This document shows, in pieces, positions 28,130 through 38,546 of a stretch of 52,693 bases of DNA; the first letter of the stretch is position 1, and the number at the start of each line of letters is the position of its first letter. The DNA is taken from positions 1 to 52,693 of the IMG/VR virus record IMGVR_UViG_3300024332_000118. One strand, 5' to 3'. Under the pieces are notes generated by a model. It saw nothing but the letters and a program-made list of their open reading frames with translations. It ran no database searches and was not told the DNA's origin. Source of the DNA: a virus (lineage: Duplodnaviria > Caudoviricetes). A program made the translations under genes and the position numbers.

Positions 28130-30328
28130 ATGTCGTCGTTAAATGAATTACAAAATTATACTTTTGTTAGCAAGTATGCAAGATGGATCGAAAGTGAAAA
28201 CCGCAGAGAAACTTGGAAAGAGGCTGTAGATCGTGTGAAAAACATGATGCACACCCACTACTCTGAGGTAGGGGTAACTGACGACATAAATTGGGCGTAT
28301 GACCTTATGCTTAAAAAGAAAGTACTAGGAAGTCAAAGAGCATTACAATTCGGTGGAGAGCCAATCCTGAAGCGTCATGCAAAGATATATAACTGTACCA
28401 GTGCTTACTGTGATCGTCTAAGATTTTTTCAAGAATGTTTCTGGCTGCTACTATGTGGTAGTGGTACAGGGTTTAGTGTTCAAAAACATCATGTCGCCAA
28501 GCTGCCAAATTTAAGCCAAAATAAAAAAGATAAACGCAAAGGTGTAAAACATAAGATAGAGGATAGTATTGAGGGCTGGGCAGATGCTCTAGGTATTCTT
28601 CTTAGTTCCTACTTTAATAAACCTGCTGAACCTAAATGGGCAGATTTTAAAGATCAACACATTACATTTGACTATAGCAATATCAGAGAAAAAGGTTCTC
28701 AGTTATCCTCTGGGGTCGGAAAGGCTCCCGGCCCAGAACCATTGCAAAATGGGCTAGAAAAAATTAGAGAACTATTAGATGGGTGTGTTGAAAATGAGCA
28801 GAAGAAACTCAGACCGATTGATGCTTATGATATTATTATGCATTCAAGCGATGCTGTATTATCTGGTGGTGTTCGCAGAAGTGCGTCATTAGCATTGTTT
28901 AGTCCTGAAGACGAAGAAATGGCAAAAGCTAAAACAGGCAACTGGTATATAGATAATCCTCAACGTGCCAGAAGCAATAACTCAGCATTGCTGCTAAAAG
29001 ACGAAACAACATACGAACAATTTGCAGAACTCATGGAGTCTGTCAAAGAGTTTGGAGAACCGGGATTTATCTGGAGTGATTCTACAGAGATGACATTTAA
29101 CCCCTGTGTAGAAGTCGGCATGTGGCCTGTAGATGAAGCAACTGGAAAGTCAGGATGGCAGGGCTGTAACCTTTCTACTATTAATTGTTCTTCTATTGCT
29201 GATGCAGAAGACTTTTATGAAAGATGCCGTGCTGCTGCAATTATCGGAACACTACAAGCAGGCTTTACTAATCTAGAATATCTAGGCAAAACAACTAATG
29301 CTATTTTTGAAAGAGAAGCATTGTTAGGAGTTTCTCTTACTGGCATTATGGAAAAGCACGAACTTGTGTTGACAGAACAGGTGTTAAAGAAGGGTGCTAA
29401 GATTGCTGTAGATACAAATAAAGAACTAGCTAAAAAGATTGAGATAAATCAGGCCGCTAGAGTTACCTGTCTAAAGCCAGAAGGAACATCTAGTGCTATG
29501 CTAGGTACAAGTTCAGGTATTCATCCCCATCATGCCAAGAGATATATTAGGCATGTTCAGGCTAATACTCTCGAAGCACCGTTTCAACACTTTAAGAGTT
29601 ATAATCCACAGGCATGTGAGAAGTCATCATGGTCTGCTAATGATACTGATGAGGTAATCAAATTCCCTGTAGAAGTGCCAGATGGGTCTAAACTTAAAAA
29701 TCAATTACCTGCTGTAGAAATGTTGGGCGTAGTAAAAGATGCTCAAAGAAACTGGGTACACTCTGGGAAAAATAGGGCATTATGCACACAAGATTTTTTA
29801 AGTCATAATGTTAGTAATACTGTTACTGTGCAGCCTGACGAATGGGAGGCTGTTACCAAATTTATTTATAATAATCGTAAATACTTTGCAGGAATTAGCC
29901 TAATCCCTTTAAGTGGAGATAAAGATTATCCACAGGCTCCATTTACTGCTGTGCTTACTAGTCGTGAGATTGTTAAAGAATACGGAGATGCTGGGCTGTG
30001 GTGTTCAGGTCTTATTGAACTAGGCTTAAATGCCTTCAATAATAATCTCTGGGCTGCTTGTGACTATATCACATTAAACCAAGAAACAGATAAAGATAGT
30101 GAAGACAAAAAACTATTTGCTTTAAAGATGAGGAGGTTTGCTAAAAAGTATTTTGACGAAGATATGAAAAGGTTGACCTATTGTATGAAAGACGTATATA
30201 ATTGGAAAATTTATACAGACTTGTATGATAGCTTTACCAAAGTAGATTATACACAACTATTAGAGACAGAGGACAATACCGTAGGGATAGAAGAAATTAG
30301 TTGTGCAGGTGGTGCATGTCTAATATAA
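28130..30328 (+). CDS. nrdJ: Class II (adenosylcobalamin-dependent, monomeric RTPR-type) ribonucleotide reductase
   Basis: YNC, SGGVRRSA, NPCVE, CNL, TCLKPEGT, C-terminal CAGGAC; no adjacent beta subunit. Confidence 0.88.
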   Translation: MSSLNELQNYTFVSKYARWIESENRRETWKEAVDRVKNMMHTHYSEVGVTDDINWAYDLMLKKKVLGSQRALQFGGEPILKRHAKIYNCTSAYCDRLRFFQECFWLLLCGSGTGFSVQKHHVAKLPNLSQNKKDKRKGVKHKIEDSIEGWADALGILLSSYFNKPAEPKWADFKDQHITFDYSNIREKGSQLSSGVGKAPGPEPLQNGLEKIRELLDGCVENEQKKLRPIDAYDIIMHSSDAVLSGGVRRSASLALFSPEDEEMAKAKTGNWYIDNPQRARSNNSALLLKDETTYEQFAELMESVKEFGEPGFIWSDSTEMTFNPCVEVGMWPVDEATGKSGWQGCNLSTINCSSIADAEDFYERCRAAAIIGTLQAGFTNLEYLGKTTNAIFEREALLGVSLTGIMEKHELVLTEQVLKKGAKIAVDTNKELAKKIEINQAARVTCLKPEGTSSAMLGTSSGIHPHHAKRYIRHVQANTLEAPFQHFKSYNPQACEKSSWSANDTDEVIKFPVEVPDGSKLKNQLPAVEMLGVVKDAQRNWVHSGKNRALCTQDFLSHNVSNTVTVQPDEWEAVTKFIYNNRKYFAGISLIPLSGDKDYPQAPFTAVLTSREIVKEYGDAGLWCSGLIELGLNAFNNNLWAACDYITLNQETDKDSEDKKLFALKMRRFAKKYFDEDMKRLTYCMKDVYNWKIYTDLYDSFTKVDYTQLLETEDNTVGIEEISCAGGACLI

Positions 30329-30349
30329 ACCCCTTGAAAGGTAGAAATT

Positions 30350-31057
30350 TTGAAAAAGAAAAGAAAACGAAAGGGCCAAATCCATGTGGGTTCCCCACAG
30401 ATTGTTAAACCCGAAGAAATCGTAGTTGGTTTTAAAAACAGATTAAAACCTCGTACTATTAACCAAAAAGATTATATTCGTGCTGTAGCTGAGAACACCA
30501 TTACATTTGCTCAAGGTGTGGCAGGAAGTGGTAAAACACATATTGCTGTTGGCATGGCTTTAGAATATCTTCTTGATTTTAAAGTAGAAAAAGTTGTCAT
30601 TACTAGACCAGTAGTGGAAGCTGGAGAAAAACTGGGTTTCTTACCGGGAACAGCAGAAGAAAAACTCCATCCATATTTACTACCTCTGTTTGATGAGATT
30701 AATTATTTTCTTTCACAACAACATCGTTCCAGTTTACAGAATAAACATCAGATAGAAATAGTCCCTTTGGGATTGATGAGAGGTCGTAGTTTTCATGATG
30801 CTTTTATCGTAGCAGATGAATGTCAGAATGCTTCATACGACCAGCTTAAAATGCTACTGACTAGAATAGGCATGAGAAGTAAAATGGTTCTTACTGGTGA
30901 TACAGAACAATCAGACTTAGAACAGAGAAGACAAGGTGGATTTGCTACTATAATTGACCGTCTGCAAGATACTCATAATATCGGGTTCACACATTTAGAG
31001 AATGTTGACATTTTGAGAAATCCAATTATTGCGGACATTGTGAATAAACTACAATGA
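30350..31057 (+). CDS. phoH: PhoH-family ATPase
   Basis: GVAGSGKT, RPVVEAGEKLGFLPG, MRGRSF, DECQN, TGD. Confidence 0.93.
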   Translation: MKKKRKRKGQIHVGSPQIVKPEEIVVGFKNRLKPRTINQKDYIRAVAENTITFAQGVAGSGKTHIAVGMALEYLLDFKVEKVVITRPVVEAGEKLGFLPGTAEEKLHPYLLPLFDEINYFLSQQHRSSLQNKHQIEIVPLGLMRGRSFHDAFIVADECQNASYDQLKMLLTRIGMRSKMVLTGDTEQSDLEQRRQGGFATIIDRLQDTHNIGFTHLENVDILRNPIIADIVNKLQ

Positions 31058-31623
31058 ATCATCAAAACTGTTTAGTATTAAATGCTGACTATACTCCTAT
31101 GGGGATTATAGATTGGAAAAAGGCTATGGTATGGTCTTTTAGATATACCCATGAACATAATCCTAGTATAGAAATCATAGAGTGGCATAATCAAGATAAG
31201 GTTATTAGCTCTACAGGGCCAGTAAAAATCCCTTCTGTTGTCCGTACTATAAAGTATTTTAGGATGTATAATAAGGCAGTTAATTTTTGCAGAAAGAACG
31301 TGTTTATTAGAGATGATTTTACATGCCAATATTGCCATAGCCAATTCCCTGTGGGCAAATTGACATACGATCATGTGATACCGAAATCCAAATGGAGAGA
31401 ACATAGTAGTCCTACATCTTGGACAAATATCGTCACATGCTGCATAAAATGCAATTTAAGAAAGTCTGATAAAACCCCTGAACAAGCCAATATGCCACTG
31501 AAAAGACAACCTATTGCACCACAAAAATCATTTAAGTACTTGCCACTTGCCTATCAGCTGCATACTATACTAAAGGAATTGCCAGAACAGTGGGTCACAT
31601 ATATAGGAGATGTCAGGAAATAA
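31054..31623 (+). CDS. HNH endonuclease (McrA-like)
   Basis: LVLNADY, RDDFTCQYC, TYDHVIP, WTNIVTCCIKCN. Confidence 0.9.
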   Translation: MNHQNCLVLNADYTPMGIIDWKKAMVWSFRYTHEHNPSIEIIEWHNQDKVISSTGPVKIPSVVRTIKYFRMYNKAVNFCRKNVFIRDDFTCQYCHSQFPVGKLTYDHVIPKSKWREHSSPTSWTNIVTCCIKCNLRKSDKTPEQANMPLKRQPIAPQKSFKYLPLAYQLHTILKELPEQWVTYIGDVRK

Positions 31624-31964
31624 TGCCGACTTATAGTTATTACTGTGAAAAATGTGAAGAAAGTTTTGAGAAGTTTTTCTATATCAGTAATTATAAAGAA
31701 CGAGTGAGATGTCCAGAATGTCAGAAGACTTGTCAAAGAGACTACGATGATATTCTTACACAATCTGCATCTATAAAGAAAGCAGATAGTGAACTTAAAA
31801 CTATTGGCGATCTAGCTAATAGGAATAGAGATAAACTATCTGTGGATGAACGAATAGCATTAGATAAAAAACATAACGAATACAAGGATACGGAATTGGA
31901 AAAAGAGTTGCCTAAAGGCATGTCTAAAATGAAGAAACCTAAGAATAAAATAAAGTGGAGATAA
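31623..31964 (+). CDS. FmdB-type zinc-ribbon protein
   Basis: MPTYSYYCEKC ... CPEC. Confidence 0.8.
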   Translation: MPTYSYYCEKCEESFEKFFYISNYKERVRCPECQKTCQRDYDDILTQSASIKKADSELKTIGDLANRNRDKLSVDERIALDKKHNEYKDTELEKELPKGMSKMKKPKNKIKWR

Positions 31965-31966
31965 TT

Positions 31967-32341
31967 ATGTCAGATGATTTAGATTTTACATTGGATCAAT
32001 CCAAGAAAGAAACTGTCTCGCATGAAGACGAGTTCTATACCCTGTTTGGTATAGAAGATTATGTAGACGACAACGGTAATACTAGACAAACTCAACAAGG
32101 CAAGAAAACGTATGCTAAACGTGTAGACGGCAAATGTCTTGTTAAGATAGGTATAGACGGAAGAGCATATAACCCTCTTGGTTTATATTCTGAAGGTCAT
32201 GCAAATAAAACATTAGCTAAAGTAGGAAAAGGTCAATATAACTTCAAAAGGGTAAATCCAAAAGTATTTGATCTGTATGTTTCTTTTCTAAGAACTAAAA
32301 ATATCGCGTGGTTAAACAATGCAAATAGGGAGTTATTATGA
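31967..32341 (+). CDS. Hypothetical protein
   Basis: GGAG RBS; coupled to neighbours. Confidence 0.6.
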   Translation: MSDDLDFTLDQSKKETVSHEDEFYTLFGIEDYVDDNGNTRQTQQGKKTYAKRVDGKCLVKIGIDGRAYNPLGLYSEGHANKTLAKVGKGQYNFKRVNPKVFDLYVSFLRTKNIAWLNNANRELL

Positions 32342-32670
32342 GATTAAATAAATCGCAAAAGTATGCTATTCAGTGGATGGTTTCTCAAGGCCATGATGTA
32401 ACTCAGATTGTAAAGGAACTAAAGATTCCTGTTGATGCTGTGAATAAATTTATTGAGAAAAACTGTAAGCCTAATGATGATAATACAGTCAAGACTACAT
32501 CATCAAGAGTAAAGGCATCGGACTTAATGATACATAAGACAGCAGAAAAAGGAACAAAGAATGTAGCGGTTATGACTAAAGAGGCATCTGAAGTAGCAGA
32601 CAATTTTAAGAAGAATGTCCCTACTCAATCTCATCGTCATAGTGACGCTATTCACAGGATACATGAATAA
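32338..32670 (+). CDS. Hypothetical protein with N-terminal HTH-like segment
   Basis: G.DVTQIVKELKIP...V pattern. Confidence 0.55.
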   Translation: MRLNKSQKYAIQWMVSQGHDVTQIVKELKIPVDAVNKFIEKNCKPNDDNTVKTTSSRVKASDLMIHKTAEKGTKNVAVMTKEASEVADNFKKNVPTQSHRHSDAIHRIHE

Positions 32671-33070
32671 ATACGACTCAAAGTACTCTAACGGTAAAAA
32701 GGTTAGTGCTGCACAGTATATTACAGAGATAATATGTGAACACTACGCCAAGAAAAATAAGCTAGACTTATACTATAGGTTTTGGACTCATAAAGATTGG
32801 GCCACATTCTATAGGGGTCAAATAGGCACTGCAAATAAACTATTAAAGAAGTACGATTGCAAGGCTATCATAAGGGCTTTAAATAATCCGAAAAGTACAA
32901 GAATTTATTCCTTGAGAGCCCCTCATCTAGCTGCTATTATAGAGAGCGAGGAAAGCAAGCTAGAAAGAGAAAATAAAAACCTGACAAAACAGTACGAACG
33001 TAAGAATGAGAAGTTTAAGAAAAGCACAGGCAAGAAAAACATCATATCAAAATTGAAGGACTTAGAATGA
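32663..33070 (+). CDS. Hypothetical protein
   Basis: Basic ORF coupled to the recA-like gene. Confidence 0.6.
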   Translation: MNKYDSKYSNGKKVSAAQYITEIICEHYAKKNKLDLYYRFWTHKDWATFYRGQIGTANKLLKKYDCKAIIRALNNPKSTRIYSLRAPHLAAIIESEESKLERENKNLTKQYERKNEKFKKSTGKKNIISKLKDLE

Positions 33071-34116
33071 CAATGACAAAAGAAAAACCAAAAGCAACAA
33101 AAAAGCCAAAAACTTTATCCACAGACTTAGAAAAAACTTTTGGTGCTGATATTTTAATGTCTGGAAATGCTATTAAGGAAAAGGTAGTACAGACCATCCC
33201 ACTTAGTCCTGCACTAGATATGATCTTACATGGTGGAGTTCCAGAAGGTAGCTTTGTGGTGCTTACAGGACAACCTAAATGTGGCAAGACTGTCACATCT
33301 TTAAGTTTAGCTGCTGTAGCTTTAGATCCTAAATATCAGGGAGATCTAGAAAAGCCTAGACATTGCTACTATCTGAATATAGAAGGACGACTTAAAAAGA
33401 GAGACATAGAAGGTATTAAGGGTTTAGATTTAGATAGGTTTACTTTGATAGGTTCTACGCAAGGTAAAATTCTACACGCAGAAGAATACTTACAGATTGC
33501 AGAAAGAATTATCAATGAAGAACCGGGAAGTATTGTTATCATTGACTCGTATTCTGCTTTATGTACAGAAGCAGAAATTACATCTGATATGAATAAAATG
33601 CAACGAGCAGACGGAGCAAAACTACTTGCTAAATTCTGTAGAAAGGTTGCCAATGTTATTCCTGTAAATAAGAATATTGTTATCGGTATCACACACCTGA
33701 TGGGTAATCCTACAGGATATGGTGCAGAGTTTAAGGAAAAGTCTGGTCAAGCTATTGCATATCAAACAGATATTAAACTACGGGCTAAAAGATTTGCACC
33801 TCTACTAGTAGGTAAGGAAAATGCACAAATAGGACAAGAAGTAGAATGGCAAGTCGTATGTTCTGCTCTTGGGCCACCGGGAGCAACTACTACCAGCTAC
33901 ATTAGATATGGAGAAGGTATTGACAAGAGTATGGAATTATTTAATATGTGTGTAGACGTTGGGTTGATTGCACAGGCTGGTGCTTGGTATACCTTTGAAA
34001 CTGTAGAGGGTAATCCTAAATTTCAAGGTGCTGAGAAGGCTAGAGAACATTTAATAAATAACCCTGACGTATATGATGCACTATTAAAAGAGATTAATGA
34101 AGCATTAGGTTTGTAA
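33067..34116 (+). CDS. recA: RecA/UvsX-like recombinase
   Basis: LDMILHGGVPEG, GQPKCGKT (Walker A), IIDS (Walker B), GAWY. Confidence 0.9.
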   Translation: MTMTKEKPKATKKPKTLSTDLEKTFGADILMSGNAIKEKVVQTIPLSPALDMILHGGVPEGSFVVLTGQPKCGKTVTSLSLAAVALDPKYQGDLEKPRHCYYLNIEGRLKKRDIEGIKGLDLDRFTLIGSTQGKILHAEEYLQIAERIINEEPGSIVIIDSYSALCTEAEITSDMNKMQRADGAKLLAKFCRKVANVIPVNKNIVIGITHLMGNPTGYGAEFKEKSGQAIAYQTDIKLRAKRFAPLLVGKENAQIGQEVEWQVVCSALGPPGATTTSYIRYGEGIDKSMELFNMCVDVGLIAQAGAWYTFETVEGNPKFQGAEKAREHLINNPDVYDALLKEINEALGL

Positions 34117-34514
34117 TGGATATTATTGATTTAGACGACAACATTAGGAAATGGTCATTAAAAGGATATGTCTCTAAGGCTTCAGCTACCAATAAGTCTA
34201 GCCATCACATCAATGCTAGAAAGCTGCTGCACAAGATATATCCCACACTTCAAATATTAGAAGAGGTATCCATACCTATCAACAGAAAAGAAACATTATA
34301 TTTGGACTTTTACATACCGATGATTAAGAAATGTATAGAAGTACATGGTGAACAACACTATAAATTTATCCCGTTTTACCATACTAATAAACTAAACTTT
34401 CTAAAAGCCAAAAAGAAAGATAGGCAAAAAGCAGAGTGGTGTGAAAAAAATTCTATAACATATATTGAGTTACCGTATAACTTATTAGAGGAATGGGAAG
34501 AAAGATTAGGATGA
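34116..34514 (+). CDS. PD-(D/E)xK / Vsr-like nuclease
   Basis: LYLDFYIP...IEVHGEQHY ... D..K..WC. Confidence 0.7.
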   Translation: MDIIDLDDNIRKWSLKGYVSKASATNKSSHHINARKLLHKIYPTLQILEEVSIPINRKETLYLDFYIPMIKKCIEVHGEQHYKFIPFYHTNKLNFLKAKKKDRQKAEWCEKNSITYIELPYNLLEEWEERLG

Positions 34515-34993
34515 ATACTAAAGACAGAGTTAAAGAATGGGATGATGTTCTTGATGAATATGAAAAAGGTATAGGTTTACCTAAATATAATGGTGGTCAG
34601 TTTACAAACTCTGAACTAGAACATTATTTTTCTATGGATAGAAAAGTACTAGAATCTATGACTCCACAAGACTGTGGAGAAATAGCATACAGATTAGGAC
34701 AGTTTAGCTTTCATGTTCAAAGAAGTCTCAACAGAGAATTAGCTAGGGTAAATTGGGCAGAAGAGAATATTAAAGAAGCTATTGCAGATGAACTAAATTC
34801 ATATAAAGGATATGGATATATAGAAAAATCATCACAAGCAATTAAACATAACGACAATGCTAATGCTTTGAATAAAATTAAGAAATATGCAAAAATGAGA
34901 GCAGACAGGCTGCAATATACAGCCACTAGTGTAAAAAACCTATCAGACATTTTACTGAATATTCAGAGGAGTAAATTGAAACATGAGCAATAA
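34511..34993 (+). CDS. Helical protein, possible UvsY-like recombination mediator
   Basis: Predicted all-helical/coiled-coil, between recombinase and helicase genes; function inferred from context only. Confidence 0.4.
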   Translation: MNTKDRVKEWDDVLDEYEKGIGLPKYNGGQFTNSELEHYFSMDRKVLESMTPQDCGEIAYRLGQFSFHVQRSLNRELARVNWAEENIKEAIADELNSYKGYGYIEKSSQAIKHNDNANALNKIKKYAKMRADRLQYTATSVKNLSDILLNIQRSKLKHEQ

Positions 34994-35381
34994 GAAAGAA
35001 ACAATAGAACAGATTGTTGATCTTCTTAGGTCTTTGGTAGATGATGAACCAGAAACTGAAGAGGTCAAGCCTGCTAAAAAGAGACAAACAAAGAAAAAGA
35101 CTATTCGTAAGAAGTCTAGCACAGCAAGAAACAGAAAGACAACATCAACTAAGACGACTTCTATTAACAAGTTTGATAGTATGCCAGAAAGAAATATGTT
35201 TAGGGATGATGTGGCTATTGACAAGAAACTTAGCGTACAACCACCCTCGCCAAGAACTAGGTCATACACTACTATAAATGTAACGTGTCGGTCTTGTGGG
35301 AAGTCGGACAGTCTAAATCCTGCATTGGTACATGATGCAACAAGATATAAATGTAATACCTGTTCTCAGGCTGGAGGTTGA
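34983..35381 (+). CDS. Basic protein with C-terminal zinc ribbon
   Basis: K/R/T-rich linker; CRSC ... CNTC. Confidence 0.6.
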   Translation: MSNKKETIEQIVDLLRSLVDDEPETEEVKPAKKRQTKKKTIRKKSSTARNRKTTSTKTTSINKFDSMPERNMFRDDVAIDKKLSVQPPSPRTRSYTTINVTCRSCGKSDSLNPALVHDATRYKCNTCSQAGG

Positions 35382-35384
35382 TGA

Positions 35385-36836
35385 ATGAGTCTTGATGATA
35401 CGTCTGCTGAAAGAGCAGTATTATCAGGGATTTGCAAATACGCTGACGATATTTATTTGGAAATTGCTGATATTATTGATACTGAATGTTTTACTATAGA
35501 CAGCAACAAACTAATCTTTGAGTGTGTTAAAAATCTCTGTGAAGAAAATGTTCCTGCTATTGATCTAGCATCTATCCTATCTCAGGCAAAAGAATTGGGA
35601 TATGAAGATTATTTTAATAAGAAAGATGAACTCACACATCTACAAGCTGTATTAAATTTTCCAATACACAAAGACAATGTCAAGAAGTTTGCAGCTAAGA
35701 TAACCAAACTTAAAATAGCAAGACTACTAAAAGACCAGCTTAGAGATGCACAGAAAAGCATTAATAGTATCAATGGCTCAGAGTCTGTATCACATATTAT
35801 ATCTTTAGCAGAAGATCCGATATTTGATTTTACTAATCTGATCAGCAATGATGATGCGGCTCCTGAACAAATGTCTAAAGGGTTAGAAGAATATCTCCAA
35901 GAACTACAAGACAATCCTATAGATCAAGTAGGTATTCCCACGGGATTCCCTGTGTATGATCAGGCTATTGGAGGAGGTTTGAGAACAAGTACAATTAATG
36001 TAATTGCTGCTCGCCCTAAAACAGGTAAAACTCTGCTATCTGACAACATGGGTTTAAATATAGCTAAACGAGGCATCCCTGTCTTAAATATGGACACAGA
36101 GATGACAAAAACAGACCATATAAACAGACTTATAGCCATGATGACCGAAATAGAAATCAATAAAATTGAGACAGGCAAATTCGCTGACTCTCATGCTTCT
36201 TTGACAAAAGTAAAAGAGGCAGCAGCAGAGATCGCTGATATGAAATTTTATCACAAATCTATTGCTGGCAAACCATTTGATGAACAGATATCTATTATGA
36301 AAAGATGGTTGGTAAAAGATGTTGGTTTGAATGATGATGGAACTGCGAAACAGTGCGTAATATTTTATGACTACTTAAAACTGATGGACACACAAGGCTT
36401 GTCAGGAGATATGAAAGAGTATCAACTGCTCGGATTCATGATGACTAGCCTACATAATTTTGCGACGAAATACAAAATTCCTATTGTTGGATTTATTCAG
36501 CTTAATAGGGATGGTATCACAAAAGAAAGCACAGACACAGCTAGTGGTTCAGATAGAATCATCTGGCTTTGTAGCAACTTCACAATCTTTAAAAGAAAGA
36601 GCGATGAAGAAATATCAGAAGATGGCCCCAATTCTGGCAATAGAAAACTTATTCCTATTATCAGTAGGCATGGTGGTGGTCTTGATGATAATGATTATAT
36701 TAATTGTAATATGAAGGGTTGGTGTGCCAAAATTACAGAAGGCAAAACCAAACTTGAAGTAGCCAATAGTAGTTCCAATGAAGATGAAGGATTTGTAGTA
36801 GACAATGATGACAAAGAAGAAATCCCCTTCGCATAA
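35385..36836 (+). CDS. dnaB: Replicative helicase DnaB
   Basis: AERAVL, GIPTGF, ARPKTGKT, TEM, DYL, QLNR. Confidence 0.93.
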   Translation: MSLDDTSAERAVLSGICKYADDIYLEIADIIDTECFTIDSNKLIFECVKNLCEENVPAIDLASILSQAKELGYEDYFNKKDELTHLQAVLNFPIHKDNVKKFAAKITKLKIARLLKDQLRDAQKSINSINGSESVSHIISLAEDPIFDFTNLISNDDAAPEQMSKGLEEYLQELQDNPIDQVGIPTGFPVYDQAIGGGLRTSTINVIAARPKTGKTLLSDNMGLNIAKRGIPVLNMDTEMTKTDHINRLIAMMTEIEINKIETGKFADSHASLTKVKEAAAEIADMKFYHKSIAGKPFDEQISIMKRWLVKDVGLNDDGTAKQCVIFYDYLKLMDTQGLSGDMKEYQLLGFMMTSLHNFATKYKIPIVGFIQLNRDGITKESTDTASGSDRIIWLCSNFTIFKRKSDEEISEDGPNSGNRKLIPIISRHGGGLDDNDYINCNMKGWCAKITEGKTKLEVANSSSNEDEGFVVDNDDKEEIPFA

Positions 36837-37959
36837 TCAGCATCAGTTAAAAGCAATTTGTGATGCTTTATGTGATAATATAGAAGAGTTATTAGCTGCA
36901 TTAGATCTGCACGAATACAGAGATAATGGAAAGATGATAACAATGGCGTGTCCTATTCATGGTGGAGATAATGACTCTGCTCTAAATTTATATTATGAAG
37001 GAGACACATATAGAGGCAACTGGAAATGTAGAACTCATCAATGTGAAAAGATTTTTAAAGGTTCTATATTAGGCTTTATTAGAGGTGTTCTGTCGGCACA
37101 GAAATACGGATGGGAAAAAGAAGGAGATAAGATTGCACCATTCCCAGAAGTAATGTCTTTTGCCGAAAGCATAGTGTCTGATAAATTAGACGGTCAATTA
37201 GACGACATTAAACTAAGATCAGACAAGACTAATTTTTCTAGGATTGTTAACAATCTAGCGGTTAAGCCTTTAAGCGAAAAAAAGATTCCTAGAGAATCAG
37301 CAATAAGCAATATTGATATACCAGCAAAATATTATGTAGATAGAGGCTTCTCTAAAGATGCTTTACAAAAGTATGATGTAGGACTTTGTAGTAATCCTAA
37401 AAAGCCCATGTATAGCAGAGTTGTGGTTCCTATATACGACGACTCTGGGCAATACCTAGTAGGAGCAACTGGTAGAAGTATCTATAATAAATGTGATATT
37501 TGTGGGGCTTTCCATAATCCTAATGGTCAGTGTCCAGATAAAGAAAAGACATGGTTATATTCTAAATGGAAACATAGTCTTGGCTTTAAGTCTCAGAATC
37601 ATCTTTATAATTTTTGGTATGCTAAAGAACATATTCTAAAAGACAACTATGCAATCATTGTAGAAAGTCCCGGTAATGTATGGAGACTAGAAGAAAACGG
37701 AATACACAATAGCGTAGGTATCTTTGGATGTAATCTAAGCGACAGACAAAAACTGATCTTAGATTCTTCTGGTGCTATGACTCTGTTTATTATTACAGAC
37801 AATGATGAAGCAGGACACAAAGCAGCAGAGGAAATTAAAGAGAAGTGCGAAAATACTTATAGATTATTTTTCCCTAAAATCTCTAAATCAGATATTGGGG
37901 AGATGAGCAACGAAGAAATACAAAAAGAAATTAAACAGTATATAGAGGCGAACTTATGA
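36805..37959 (+). CDS. dnaG: DNA primase (zinc finger plus TOPRIM)
   Basis: CPIH...C...C zinc finger; RVVVPI, VES, DNDEAG. Confidence 0.85.
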   Translation: MMTKKKSPSHNQHQLKAICDALCDNIEELLAALDLHEYRDNGKMITMACPIHGGDNDSALNLYYEGDTYRGNWKCRTHQCEKIFKGSILGFIRGVLSAQKYGWEKEGDKIAPFPEVMSFAESIVSDKLDGQLDDIKLRSDKTNFSRIVNNLAVKPLSEKKIPRESAISNIDIPAKYYVDRGFSKDALQKYDVGLCSNPKKPMYSRVVVPIYDDSGQYLVGATGRSIYNKCDICGAFHNPNGQCPDKEKTWLYSKWKHSLGFKSQNHLYNFWYAKEHILKDNYAIIVESPGNVWRLEENGIHNSVGIFGCNLSDRQKLILDSSGAMTLFIITDNDEAGHKAAEEIKEKCENTYRLFFPKISKSDIGEMSNEEIQKEIKQYIEANL

Positions 37960-38546
37960 TTATAGCATTTGCGGGTAGAAAGCAATCTGGTAAAACTACT
38001 TCTGCTGAATACCTAGTAAAACAATATGAATCTACTCATGACTATGGAAAAGCACGTATATATAACTTTGCAGATAGTTTAAAACAAATGTGCATGGATA
38101 TATTTGGTATCAATTACAATCAGTGCTATGGTACTGACGATCAAAAAAATCAATTAGTAGATTGTCTTTGGCCTGATACAGATATTTGTATGTCGGCTAG
38201 AGAAGTCTTGCAATATGTCGGTACAGATATATTTAGAAAAATGCAACATAACGTATGGGCTAATGCCACTATGAGGTCTATTATAAAAGACAGATACAGC
38301 CTTGCTATTATTGCGGACTGTAGATTTCCTAATGAGGTAGAGACAGTTAAAAAGTTCGATGGTTTAGTGATTAAACTAAATAGAGACCTGTTTACATCAT
38401 CACACGCAAGCGAAGTGGCATTGGATGCCAAAAACTATGATTACTCTAATTTTGACTTGGTTGTTGATAGTCAAGAGATGGGTATCGACGAACGGAATCA
38501 AATCATCAAAACCTTCCTCCAAGAAAAAGGGGTGTTACCATTATAA
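37956..38546 (+). CDS. Deoxynucleoside monophosphate kinase
   Basis: GRKQSGKT, FADSLK, REVLQYVGT, DCRFPNE, HASE. Confidence 0.88.
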   Translation: MIIAFAGRKQSGKTTSAEYLVKQYESTHDYGKARIYNFADSLKQMCMDIFGINYNQCYGTDDQKNQLVDCLWPDTDICMSAREVLQYVGTDIFRKMQHNVWANATMRSIIKDRYSLAIIADCRFPNEVETVKKFDGLVIKLNRDLFTSSHASEVALDAKNYDYSNFDLVVDSQEMGIDERNQIIKTFLQEKGVLPL

